64,000 nt of DNA from Candidatus Aminicenantes bacterium (lineage in GTDB: Bacteria; Acidobacteriota; Aminicenantia; Aminicenantales; JAFGBC01). Under the pieces are notes generated by a model. It was not told where the DNA came from. It saw only the letters and a program-made list of their open reading frames with translations, and ran no database searches. Below are positions 50,220-59,126 of the stretch, piece after piece; position 1 is the first letter of the stretch; every line of letters starts with the position of its first letter. Both the position numbers and the translations under genes were made by a program. The stretch lies in assembly GCA_963702005.1 (NCBI GenBank), contig OY969696.1:320001-384000 (forward strand). The letters run 5' to 3'.

Positions 50220-51236
50220 TCAGCCCTCCGAGCTCCCCAACGTCTCCAGGGTTTTGGCGATCGCAGAGACGAGCTTGGCCAGGCCCTCCCCCTTCAAGGC
50301 CGAGATGGCGTGAAAGGGATAGCGGCGGGAGCGGGCCAGAGACCGCAACCCCGTGAGGCGGTCATCCCGGCCGGCTAAGAGATCCGTTTTGTTCGCCACC
50401 AGGAACAGGGGCCTTGTCAAGAGGACGGGGCTATAGGCCTCAATTTCCCCGTTCACGATTTTGAAATCGTCGACCGGGTCGCGGCCGGTGAAAGGGGAGA
50501 CGTCCACGATATGGATTAAAAGCTTGGTTCGCTCGATGTGCCTCAAAAAACGGATCCCCAGGCCGTGGCCGAGATGCGCCCCCTCGATAAGCCCGGGGAT
50601 ATCGGCCATGACGAAGCTTCTGCGTTTTCCCGCGTCGACGACGCCGAGATGAGGAATGAGGGTCGTGAACGGATAATCGGCGATGACGGGCCGGGCCGCC
50701 GAGACCTTCGAGATCAAGGTCGATTTGCCCGCGTTGGGGAATCCGACCAGGCCGACGTCTGCGATCAACTTCAGCTCCAGGGTCAGCTCCCTTTCCTCAC
50801 CCGGCCGGCCCGGTTCGTGCTCGCGCGGAGCCTGATGGGTCGCGGTGGCGAAGGACGCGTTCCCCCGGCCGCCCTTCCCTCCCTTGGCGGCCACGAAGCG
50901 GTCCCGGGATTTGGCCAGATCAAAAAGAATTTCCGATCCGTCCTTGATCCTGACGACCGTCCCGATGGGCACGGACAGGAGGAGGTCGTCCCCTTCCTTC
51001 CCGGACCTATTCCCGCCCTCTCCAGGCCGTCCGGACTTGGCCTTGTTGATAGGGTGGAAACGGAAAAAAGACAGGGAATGGCAGCTCGGGTCGGCGACAA
51101 GGATGACGTCGCCGCCGTCGCCGCCGCGGCCGCCGTCCGGACCGCCCTTGGGGACCCGATATTCCCGCCGGAAACTGACGCAGCCGTTCCCCCCGTTCCC
51201 GGCCTGGAGAAAGACATTCACCTGGTCAACGAACAT
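50220..51236 (-). CDS. obgE: GTPase ObgE
   Basis: MFVD..AGNGGNG..SFRRE..PKGGPDGG.GG, GFPNAGKSTL, ADYPFTTL.P.LG, DIPGLIEGA, NKTD. Confidence 0.97.
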   Translation of the reverse strand: MFVDQVNVFLQAGNGGNGCVSFRREYRVPKGGPDGGRGGDGGDVILVADPSCHSLSFFRFHPINKAKSGRPGEGGNRSGKEGDDLLLSVPIGTVVRIKDGSEILFDLAKSRDRFVAAKGGKGGRGNASFATATHQAPREHEPGRPGEERELTLELKLIADVGLVGFPNAGKSTLISKVSAARPVIADYPFTTLIPHLGVVDAGKRRSFVMADIPGLIEGAHLGHGLGIRFLRHIERTKLLIHIVDVSPFTGRDPVDDFKIVNGEIEAYSPVLLTRPLFLVANKTDLLAGRDDRLTGLRSLARSRRYPFHAISALKGEGLAKLVSAIAKTLETLGSSEG

Positions 51237-51328
51237 TGTGAGTCACGCCGTCCGTGGGGGAGGTCGGACGCGTTCCCCAGGCGAAAGGACCGATGAGAAC
51301 CCTAAAACTGTTCAATCCGGCGTGTGTC

Positions 51329-51601
51329 TTAGGAGACCGCCTCCGCGGCCGGCATAACGATGGATACGATCGTGTTCCGTTTACCCTTGTGTTCATAGTG
51401 GACGATCCCGGCCGCCTTGGCGAAGAGGGTGTCGTCCTTTCCCAGGCCGACGTTGGCCCCGGGTTTGAAAGGCGTCCCCCGCTGACGGACGAGAATGGAT
51501 CCCGCGCTGACCGTCTGCCCGCCGTATCTCTTGACGCCCAGCCTCTTGGAACTGCTGTCCCGGCCGTTTCTGGCGCTTCCCGATGATTTTTTATGAGCCA
51601 T
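51329..51601 (-). CDS. rpmA: 50S ribosomal protein L27
   Basis: [37 protein letters not shown]. Confidence 0.98.
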   Translation of the reverse strand: MAHKKSSGSARNGRDSSSKRLGVKRYGGQTVSAGSILVRQRGTPFKPGANVGLGKDDTLFAKAAGIVHYEHKGKRNTIVSIVMPAAEAVS

Positions 51602-51605
51602 GGTC

Positions 51606-52196
51606 TTACTCCTTGGGCTTTGCCGCAGGCTTGGCCGGGTGAGTTTTCTTGGTCACCGTCTTAATTTTAGGCTCTTTGCCTTTGGCCTTGGCGGCTTCGG
51701 ACTTGCCGGCCTTGGGCTTGGATTTAGCCGTTTTCGCGGCGGCCTTCTCCTCCTTCTTGGCCTTGGCAACCTTGACAACCGGTGCCTTGCTGACGGCCTC
51801 GGCCGCTGCGGGGGTCTCGACCTCCGGCTTAACTGTCGGCGGAGGCGGCGGCGGAATGAACTCCTGGATAGGAGCCCCGTTCCGGTCCGCGTAGATCGCC
51901 AGGATCCGGACTTTGGTCAGGGCTTGGCGGTGTCCCCGGGTCCTCCTGAACTGCTTTCTCCGCTTTTTCTTGAAGACAAGGATCTTCCCGTCCCTGTGCT
52001 GCTCAACGACTTCGCCCTTGACCAAGGCCTTCTCGAGGAGAGGAGTGCCGATTAGGGTTTCATTGTCGTCGTCGATCAAGAGGACATTGTCAAAGGCAAC
52101 CGGCTGACCCTGCCCGGCGTCCAGCTTCTCGATATCCAGAAAATCGCCCGTCCGGACACGGTACTGTTTGCCGCCAGTTCGGATGATCGCAAACAT
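51606..52196 (-). CDS. rplU: 50S ribosomal protein L21 with Pro/Lys/Ala-rich C-terminal extension
   Basis: [30 protein letters not shown]; extension after about residue 105. Confidence 0.96.
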   Translation of the reverse strand: MFAIIRTGGKQYRVRTGDFLDIEKLDAGQGQPVAFDNVLLIDDDNETLIGTPLLEKALVKGEVVEQHRDGKILVFKKKRRKQFRRTRGHRQALTKVRILAIYADRNGAPIQEFIPPPPPPTVKPEVETPAAAEAVSKAPVVKVAKAKKEEKAAAKTAKSKPKAGKSEAAKAKGKEPKIKTVTKKTHPAKPAAKPKE

Positions 52197-52407
52197 GGTC
52201 TTTTTCCCTTGGTTCGTGATTTCAGCGCAAAAAAACAAGTTCTAACTTTAGCACAGGACCTGATGTGTGTCAACAGATCATGTTGACAAGCAAGCGTTTC
52301 CGTTCAGACAATCTCCGCAAGGCGTCGAGCGGGCAGGGTTCCCCGAACGCCTCCTCTTGACAAAAAGAGCGTCCTTTTCTACCTTAAGAAACGACGGCGG
52401 AACGGCC

Positions 52408-52479
52408 GGGCGGTTAGCTCAGCGGTAGAGTATCGGTCTTACACACCGGGGGCCGCAGGTTCGAACCCTGCACCGCCCA
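52408..52479 (+). tRNA. tRNA-Val(TAC)
   Basis: GGGCGGTTAGCTCAGCGGTAGAGTATCGGTCTTACACACCGGGGGCCGCAGGTTCGAACCCTGCACCGCCCA; CCA not encoded. Confidence 0.94.
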
Positions 52480-52597
52480 CATCCTCCTTCCCTCGTCGTC
52501 CTGGCTCGGCCCGGCTTTTATCCGTACTCTCGCTTTTGACAAATCTTGCGATCCTTGATATAAGAAACTCCTATGGCGACGCTTTCCGGGAGTCGGG

Positions 52598-54193
52598 ATG
52601 GCCAGATATAAAGGGATTGGCGGAAAAAACGGGGAAAGGAAATCCGTAAAGAAACGCTCCTCGGCTCCGGTTCACCGCAGGGCGGCGATCCGGAACAGCC
52701 GGGAGGTTCTCTCCAAGGATGAGGCTCGTTTTCGGGCCCTGTTCGAGGCCGCCGCCGACGCCGTCTTCATCGGAACCCTTGAAGGCCGCATCCTGGATTG
52801 CAACCCGGCTGCCTGCGAGATTTACGGATACGATCGCGAGGAGCTCCTGAAGCTGACGGCCCGCGACCTCATCAGCAAGGAGGTCCTGCCCCGTCTCTCT
52901 AGAGTCAAAAAAGCGATAGCCGCTCGGGGTCGACTGTTTGGCGAGGTTGTCACTCAAAAGAAGGATGGGACCCTGTTTCCCTGCGAGGTCGACGGCCGCC
53001 TGGTCCGGATGGGACGATCCCCCGTCATCGTCGTCTACATTCGGGACATCACCGAGCGCAAGAAGGCCGAGCGGGTCCGCAACGCCGCCTTCCGGATCTC
53101 CGAGGCCGTCCATGCGGCCGAAAACCTTGAAGCCCTCTTCCGCTCCATCCATGCCATCATCTCCGAGCTCATGCCGGCCCGCAATTTTTACATCTCCCTC
53201 TACGACGCCGATCGCGGCCTTCTGACGTTCCCCTACTTCATCGACGAGTTCGACGAGCCGCAAAAACCCAAGAAGCCGGGCAAGGGATTGACCGAGTACG
53301 TCCTTCGCTCGGGCAAGCCCCTGCTGGCTTCTCCCGAAAAATTCGAGGAGCTCCTCCGGAAAAAGAAGGTCGAATCCATCGGAGCCCCTTCGATCGACTG
53401 GCTGGGCGTCCCGCTCAAAGTCAAGGACAGGACGATCGGGGTCATGGTCGTCCAGACCTACACGGAAGGAGTCCGCTATACGGAGGAAGACAAGGCCATC
53501 CTGATGTTCGTCTCGACCCAGGCGGCCATGGCCATCCAACGCAAACGGTCCGAGGACGCCCTCAAGGCCTCGCTCCGGGAGAAGGAGGTCCTCCTCAAAG
53601 AGATCCACCATCGGGTTAAAAACAACCTCCAGGTCGTCTCGAGCCTGATGAACCTCCAGGCCCGCCACCTTAAGGACGGAGAGGCCATGAACCTCCTCAA
53701 GGAGAGCCAGCGCCGCATCCGGTCCATGGCCCTCGTCCACGAAAAGCTCTACCTGTCCAAGGAGATGGCCCGGATCGATATGGCCGGATATGTCGGAAGT
53801 CTGGCCCAGCATCTTTTTCAGTCCTACCGGATCAATCCCTCCCTCATCCGGTTCCGGGCCGACGTCCACGACGTCGCCCTCGACATCAACACGGCCACCC
53901 CCTGCGGCCTTCTCATCAACGAGCTCATCTCAAACTCATTGAAGCACGCCTTCCCCGAGAACCGGCCGGGGCAGGTCGCCGTCGAGTTCAGACCCGAGGG
54001 GGAAGCGGCCTACGTTCTCGTCATCAAGGACGATGGAACCGGGCTCCCCGGGGGGTTCGATTTCCGTCGGACGGACACCCTCGGGATGCAGCTCGTAACC
54101 ATGCTCGTCGAGCAGCTCGACGGGACGATCGAGCTCATCCAGGGCAGCGGCACGGAATTCCGGATCCGGTTCCGGGAGCTCAAGTACCAGTAG
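52598..54193 (+). CDS. PAS-GAF HisKA_2 sensor histidine kinase
   Basis: PAS (FRALFE..DAVF..RDITERK), GAF (WLGVPL..IGV), EIHHRVKNNLQ, NELISNSLKHAF, DDGTG, LGMQLV. Confidence 0.92.
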   Translation: MARYKGIGGKNGERKSVKKRSSAPVHRRAAIRNSREVLSKDEARFRALFEAAADAVFIGTLEGRILDCNPAACEIYGYDREELLKLTARDLISKEVLPRLSRVKKAIAARGRLFGEVVTQKKDGTLFPCEVDGRLVRMGRSPVIVVYIRDITERKKAERVRNAAFRISEAVHAAENLEALFRSIHAIISELMPARNFYISLYDADRGLLTFPYFIDEFDEPQKPKKPGKGLTEYVLRSGKPLLASPEKFEELLRKKKVESIGAPSIDWLGVPLKVKDRTIGVMVVQTYTEGVRYTEEDKAILMFVSTQAAMAIQRKRSEDALKASLREKEVLLKEIHHRVKNNLQVVSSLMNLQARHLKDGEAMNLLKESQRRIRSMALVHEKLYLSKEMARIDMAGYVGSLAQHLFQSYRINPSLIRFRADVHDVALDINTATPCGLLINELISNSLKHAFPENRPGQVAVEFRPEGEAAYVLVIKDDGTGLPGGFDFRRTDTLGMQLVTMLVEQLDGTIELIQGSGTEFRIRFRELKYQ

Positions 54194-54200
54194 CCGAGGG

Positions 54201-55487
54201 ATGCCGATGGCCAGGGCCAAGATCCTCATCGTCGAAGACGAAAGCTTGGTCGCCAAGGACATCCAGGCTATGATCCTGAATCTCGGCTATGCCGTTTCGG
54301 GCCTCGAGGCTTCCGGCGAAAAGGCCCTCCAAAGGATCGAGGAGAATCGGCCAGATCTGGTCCTGATGGACATCGTCCTCAAAGGCCCCCTTGACGGGAT
54401 CGCGACGGCGGAGAAGATCCAAGCCCGCTACAACATTCCGATCGTCTACCTGACCGCCTACGCCGACGAAACGACCGTGACTCGGGCCAAGGCCACCGAG
54501 CCCTTCGGCTATCTCCTCAAGCCTTTCGAGGAACGGGAGCTCCAGACGACGATCGAAATGGCCTTTCATAAGCATGCCCGGGAAACCCAGCTCCTGGAAC
54601 GCGAACGATGGGGCCTTTCCATTCTCAACAACATCCAGGACGCCGTGATCGCCGCCGATGCCCAAGGCCAGATCTCGTTCATGAATGCCCTGTCCGAGCA
54701 GATATCCGGATGGAAGCTGTCCGAAGTCCAGGGACGGCCCGTGTCCGAGGTCCTGAAGGTCCACCTCGAAAAAACCGGCCGGGCGGCGCTCCCCTCCGTC
54801 GAGGCTCTCGTCCGCAGGCGCCGCTGGGTCCCCGGACAGCCGCTCGACTTGACGACCAAAGACCTTCGCCGGATTCCGATCGAAGCGACCGCCACCCTCA
54901 TCCATGATTCGGACGGGAATCCCGGCCAGCTTGTCTTCATTTTCCGCAAGCTGATCCTATCCAAGCGGCATGAGGAGAAGCTCTTTCACCTGGCCGTCCA
55001 CGACGCTCTGACCGGACTTCCCAACCGGCTGCTGTTGGCCGACCGCCTGACCCTGGCCATGGCCCAGGCCCGGCGCAGGAAGCTTCGGATCGCTCTGATT
55101 CTCGTCGACCTGGACGATCTTCAAGCGATCAACGAAAGGCTGGGATCGGCGGCCGGGGATGAGGTCCTCCGGGAAACCGGCCGTCGCCTGATGTCGGCCC
55201 TGCGCAGAAGCGATACGGTCGCCCGGATCCGGGCGGATAAATTCATGCTCGTCCTGGCCGAAATCAAACAGCCGCGCATCGTTCACAGGATCGCCCGAAG
55301 GATCCACGAAGCCCTGAAGCCGCCTGTTCGCTGGAAGGGCGGTTCCCTGTCGTTCTCCACAAGCATCGGCATATGTCTCTTCCCGGACCACGGAGAGGAT
55401 GTCGAAAGCCTGACCCGAAACGCCGAGATCGCCGTCGGCCTGGCCAAAACGTCCGCGCCGAATCGCGTCCATCTCTTTTCGTCCTGA
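54201..55487 (+). CDS. REC-PAS-GGDEF protein (degenerate active site)
   Basis: ILIVEDE/DLVLMDI/YLLKPF receiver; HDALTGLPNR; RRSD..RADKF in place of GGDEF. Confidence 0.9.
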   Translation: MPMARAKILIVEDESLVAKDIQAMILNLGYAVSGLEASGEKALQRIEENRPDLVLMDIVLKGPLDGIATAEKIQARYNIPIVYLTAYADETTVTRAKATEPFGYLLKPFEERELQTTIEMAFHKHARETQLLERERWGLSILNNIQDAVIAADAQGQISFMNALSEQISGWKLSEVQGRPVSEVLKVHLEKTGRAALPSVEALVRRRRWVPGQPLDLTTKDLRRIPIEATATLIHDSDGNPGQLVFIFRKLILSKRHEEKLFHLAVHDALTGLPNRLLLADRLTLAMAQARRRKLRIALILVDLDDLQAINERLGSAAGDEVLRETGRRLMSALRRSDTVARIRADKFMLVLAEIKQPRIVHRIARRIHEALKPPVRWKGGSLSFSTSIGICLFPDHGEDVESLTRNAEIAVGLAKTSAPNRVHLFSS

Positions 55488-55570
55488 CCGGAGATTCCCT
55501 GCAACCCGCCGCTCCCCCTTGTCTTCAGGGAGGAAATGTTCTATGATCGTACCTCCCCAAGGAAGCGGGC

Positions 55571-56323
55571 ATGAGGAAGGGAACTCGAGCGGGCCGGACG
55601 GATATCGCAGGAAAGGAGACCGACTTGCCATCCCGGGGCCGGACTGATCTTTTTCATCCTCCCCAGACCGCCGGAAAGGACCTCGGGGACGCTCTCGCCG
55701 AAAAAGACGCCCTCCTCAGAGAAGTCCTCCACCAGATCAAGAATCATCTCCAGGTAATCGCCAGTCTTTTAAGCCTTCAATCCGAGTCCATCAAGGACAA
55801 CCGCGTCCTCCGCCTCTTCCGGGAAAGCCAGAACCGCGTCCGGGCCATCTCCCTCGTCTACGAAAAACTCTATCAGTCCGGGTCCACGACGCGTATCGAT
55901 TTCGCCGATTACATCCAAGCCCTGGCCCTCCATCTTGTCCATTCCCTGGAGATCGACCCCAACCGGGTTCGGCTCCGGATGGATCTCCGGAAATCGCTCT
56001 TAGATATTCGGACGGCCATCCCCTGCGGCCTGATCGTCAACGAGCTCGTGTCCAACGCCCTCCAGCACGCCTTTCCCGGAGCCAGGGCCGGAACCATCCA
56101 GGTCGGGCTGAGGCCGTTCCCGGGCCGAACCTTTAAACTCGTCGTCGCCGACAACGGCGTCGGTTGGCCCGTCCGGCTCGATCCCCGGCAGACAAAGACG
56201 CTCGGGCTCCAGATCGTGACCATGCTGACGAACCAAGTCGAGGGAAGCCTCACCCTGAAAAAAGCGAAGGGAACTCGCTTCGAGCTCGTCTTCCGGCAAC
56301 TCAAGTACAGGACCAGGGTTTGA
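55571..56323 (+). CDS. Sensor-less HisKA_2 histidine kinase
   Basis: EVLHQIKNHLQ, NELVSNALQHAF, DNGVG, LGLQIV. Confidence 0.87.
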   Translation: MRKGTRAGRTDIAGKETDLPSRGRTDLFHPPQTAGKDLGDALAEKDALLREVLHQIKNHLQVIASLLSLQSESIKDNRVLRLFRESQNRVRAISLVYEKLYQSGSTTRIDFADYIQALALHLVHSLEIDPNRVRLRMDLRKSLLDIRTAIPCGLIVNELVSNALQHAFPGARAGTIQVGLRPFPGRTFKLVVADNGVGWPVRLDPRQTKTLGLQIVTMLTNQVEGSLTLKKAKGTRFELVFRQLKYRTRV

Positions 56324-56411
56324 CCGCCCCGGAATCCGTGATCCCGGCCCGCGGTTAGACACGGCACGGGGAGGAGAGTAAAATAGCCTCGAATAAGCGA
56401 GACGGCAGGAC

Positions 56412-57794
56412 ATGAAGGTTAAAATCCGTGTCCTTGTGGTCGAGGATGAAAGCCTGGTCGGGCGGGACATCCAAAATATGCTGCGGAGCCTCGGCTACAA
56501 CGTCCTGGGACTCGTTTCGACGGGCGAACAGGCCATCCTGAAGGCCGAGGAGCTCGGTCCGGACCTGGTCCTGATGGACATCGTCCTCAAGGGTGAGGTC
56601 GACGGCATCAACGCCGCCGACACGATCTGGGAATCCCTGGGCATCCCCGTCGTCTACCTGACCGCCTACACGGACGAGAGGACTCTTCAACGGGCCAAGA
56701 TGACCGAACCCTTCGGCTACCTCCTCAAGCCGTTCGAGGAACGGGAGCTCCAGACGACGATCGAGATGGCCCTCTACAAGTCCAAGATGGACAAGAAGCT
56801 CAAGGAACGCGGCCGGTGGTTGACGACCATCCTCCACAGTATCGGGGACGGCATCATCGCCACGGACAAGGAGGGCCGGATCGCGTTCATGAATCCCCTG
56901 GCGGAGCGGCTGACGGGCTGGGGCGAGGAAGATGCCATGAACAAGCCTCTCTCCGACGTCTTCCGGGCCGAGGCCGACGGCGCGGCGTTCCCGCAAAGCC
57001 TTCTCTCGGCGGCAAGGCCGTCCGAAAGCGCCGACGCCATCCTGTCCAGCCAATCCGTCCTCCTTACCAAGTCCGGACTTCCGCTCCCCATCGAAGGGAC
57101 GCTTGCCCCAATCCGTGATGATAAGGGGATTCCCATGGGAGGAGTCCTCGTTTTCCGCGATATCACCGAACGCCAACGGGCCGAGGCCGACCTCAAGGCG
57201 AGCTTGGAAAAATTCCGGCGAGCCCTCGACGCGACGATCCAGGCCATGGGCTTGACGATCGAGATGAGGGACCCCTACACGGCCGGCCATCAGCGCCGCG
57301 TCAGCAAGTTGTCCTGCGCAATCGCCCAAGAGATGGGAATCTCCCCGAATCAAATCGACGGGCTGCGCATGGCCGGGGATATCCACGACATCGGCAAGAT
57401 CTACATCCCGGCCGAGATCCTGAGCAAGCCCGGCCAGCTGACCGATATCGAGTTCACCATCATCAAAACCCATCCCCAGGTCGGATTCGACATCCTCAAG
57501 GCGATCGATTTCCCCTGGCCGATTGCCCAGATCGTCCTCCAGCATCACGAGCGGCTCAACGGCTCCGGCTACCCGGCCGGGCTCAAGGGAAACGAGATCC
57601 TGCTCGAAGCCCGGATCCTGCTCGTGGCCGACGTCGTCGAAGCCATGTCTTCCCACCGCCCTTACCGGCCCGCCCACGGCATCGAGCGCGCCCTCGGAGA
57701 AATCCAAACCCAAAGCGGCCAGCTTTACGACCCCGCCGTCGTCGAAGCCTGCGTCCATCTCTTCCGGGACAAAGGATTCGTCCTCGACAAATGA
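56412..57794 (+). CDS. REC-PAS-HD-GYP cyclic di-GMP phosphodiesterase
   Basis: Receiver, PAS, RDPYTAGHQ, HDIGK, HHERLNGSGYP, SHRPYR. Confidence 0.93.
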   Translation: MKVKIRVLVVEDESLVGRDIQNMLRSLGYNVLGLVSTGEQAILKAEELGPDLVLMDIVLKGEVDGINAADTIWESLGIPVVYLTAYTDERTLQRAKMTEPFGYLLKPFEERELQTTIEMALYKSKMDKKLKERGRWLTTILHSIGDGIIATDKEGRIAFMNPLAERLTGWGEEDAMNKPLSDVFRAEADGAAFPQSLLSAARPSESADAILSSQSVLLTKSGLPLPIEGTLAPIRDDKGIPMGGVLVFRDITERQRAEADLKASLEKFRRALDATIQAMGLTIEMRDPYTAGHQRRVSKLSCAIAQEMGISPNQIDGLRMAGDIHDIGKIYIPAEILSKPGQLTDIEFTIIKTHPQVGFDILKAIDFPWPIAQIVLQHHERLNGSGYPAGLKGNEILLEARILLVADVVEAMSSHRPYRPAHGIERALGEIQTQSGQLYDPAVVEACVHLFRDKGFVLDK

Positions 57795-58039
57795 GGCGCG
57801 GCGCCCCTCCTCTCTTGCTCGTCCTGGCTGTCCTCCTCTCCCTCCTGGGCGTCGGAGCCTTCATATATCTGTTCGCCCCGATCTTCAATATCTACTGGTT
57901 CATCCTGGCCCCGATCATCCTGGCCCTTTATCAGCTCCCGGCCGTCTATATGTTTCTCCTTTGGAAGAGACGGGCCCGGAACGCGGGCGAACGGAGCGAA
58001 CGGATCAAGAAGGAGAAGAACGCCCCCGACGGGATTTGA
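57791..58039 (+). CDS. Small two-TM membrane protein
   Basis: 82 aa, two hydrophobic helices and a basic tail; ATGA overlap with the HD-GYP gene. Confidence 0.6.
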   Translation: MRRGAPPLLLVLAVLLSLLGVGAFIYLFAPIFNIYWFILAPIILALYQLPAVYMFLLWKRRARNAGERSERIKKEKNAPDGI

Positions 58040-58095
58040 ACCCGTGTTGCCGCCGTGAAAGGGCGATGTCCTGGACCGGGCTAGACGACAGGGGC
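58021..58095 (-). tRNA. tRNA-Glu(TTC)
   Basis: GCCCCTGTCGTCTAGCCCGGTCCAGGACATCGCCCTTTCACGGCGGCAACACGGGTTCAAATCCCGTCGGGGGCG. Confidence 0.94.
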
Positions 58096-58107
58096 AGGGA
58101 AAGTCTT

Positions 58108-58179
58108 TGAGCCGTGCTGGACTCGAACCAGCGACACCCGGCTTAAAAGGCCGGTGCTCTCCCTCTGAGCTAACGGCCC
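58108..58179 (-). tRNA. tRNA-Lys(TTT)
   Basis: GGGCCGTTAGCTCAGAGGGAGAGCACCGGCCTTTTAAGCCGGGTGTCGCTGGTTCGAGTCCAGCACGGCTCA. Confidence 0.94.
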
Positions 58180-58246
58180 GCTCTAAAGAACCCTATTTAT
58201 AACCAAACTTCTGAGAAGAGTCAACAACCGCCGGAAAGCCGCCGGT

Positions 58247-58942
58247 TCAGCTAATGGTTTTGATGTCGGTGATGACCCATCTCCCGCGGCGCATCCGGTT
58301 GAGAGTCTCATCTTTGAGGTTGTAGAGTCTGAGCTGAAAGAGGTAGGTTTTTTCGGCTCCGGCCTTGGTGACGACCTTGACCTCCGTTTCCTTGAACTGG
58401 ACCTCACCGGTCAGGTCACGGATGTTGGGGACCTCTTTCTCGCCCAGCGAAAAGATGGAGATCTCCTCCTCGCGGGCGGCCGCGGACTTGGCGTCATTGT
58501 AATCCTTCTGGAGCTGTTTGTGGGCTTCGAATTCCTGGTCGTACTTGGCCTGGAGATCGTCGACCTTCTTCTGGGCCGCGACCTTGGCCGCCTTGGTCCG
58601 GGCGTTGTCGAGATCTTCCTTAGCGATATCGAGAACGTCCTTGGCGTCGAGCGTCGGGCCGACGTGGTCTTCGAGTTTCTTCTTGAGTTCCGCTTCCTTC
58701 TTGCTCATATCGGGGAGAGGGGCGGGTTGGACCTTGGTCTCGCTGAGCTTGGCGATCTGGAATGATTTGAAATCGATGTCGGTCGGCGCGACGGCGATCG
58801 TCGACATGGTCGTGACGTCATTGAGCTGGATGGCGTGGAAATACCTGTCGATGACGGCCCTGTCGGGCTGCGAGGTGCAGCTGGAGAAAGCGGCGACGAC
58901 GAGAAGGATCGCGCCGAGGAGATAAAGGCTCTTCTTTCCCAT
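58247..58942 (-). CDS. Lipoprotein with central coiled coil
   Basis: AGGAGG RBS, lipobox FSSC, Lys/Ala/Glu-rich coiled coil. Confidence 0.78.
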   Translation of the reverse strand: MGKKSLYLLGAILLVVAAFSSCTSQPDRAVIDRYFHAIQLNDVTTMSTIAVAPTDIDFKSFQIAKLSETKVQPAPLPDMSKKEAELKKKLEDHVGPTLDAKDVLDIAKEDLDNARTKAAKVAAQKKVDDLQAKYDQEFEAHKQLQKDYNDAKSAAAREEEISIFSLGEKEVPNIRDLTGEVQFKETEVKVVTKAGAEKTYLFQLRLYNLKDETLNRMRRGRWVITDIKTIS

Positions 58943-59126
58943 TAGTCCTCCTTCCTAGGATGTCGATGGATACCCATATTCTCTACGGATTTTACTTTTT
59001 TTTCAAGCAAAAAAGCAAGCGCGGCCGGGGCCTCCTTTCTCAAGAACGGCCTGCCGGAGATAAAAACGAATTGCCCGATCCAGAGATTTATGCTAATTTT
59101 ATATGCTTCAAGACAGGAACAATGCC

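Noticed and set aside
52269-52287. Palindrome GTCAACA-GATCA-TGTTGAC
   Set aside because: Explained by back-to-back TTGACA -35 boxes of the divergent rplU and tRNA-Val promoters
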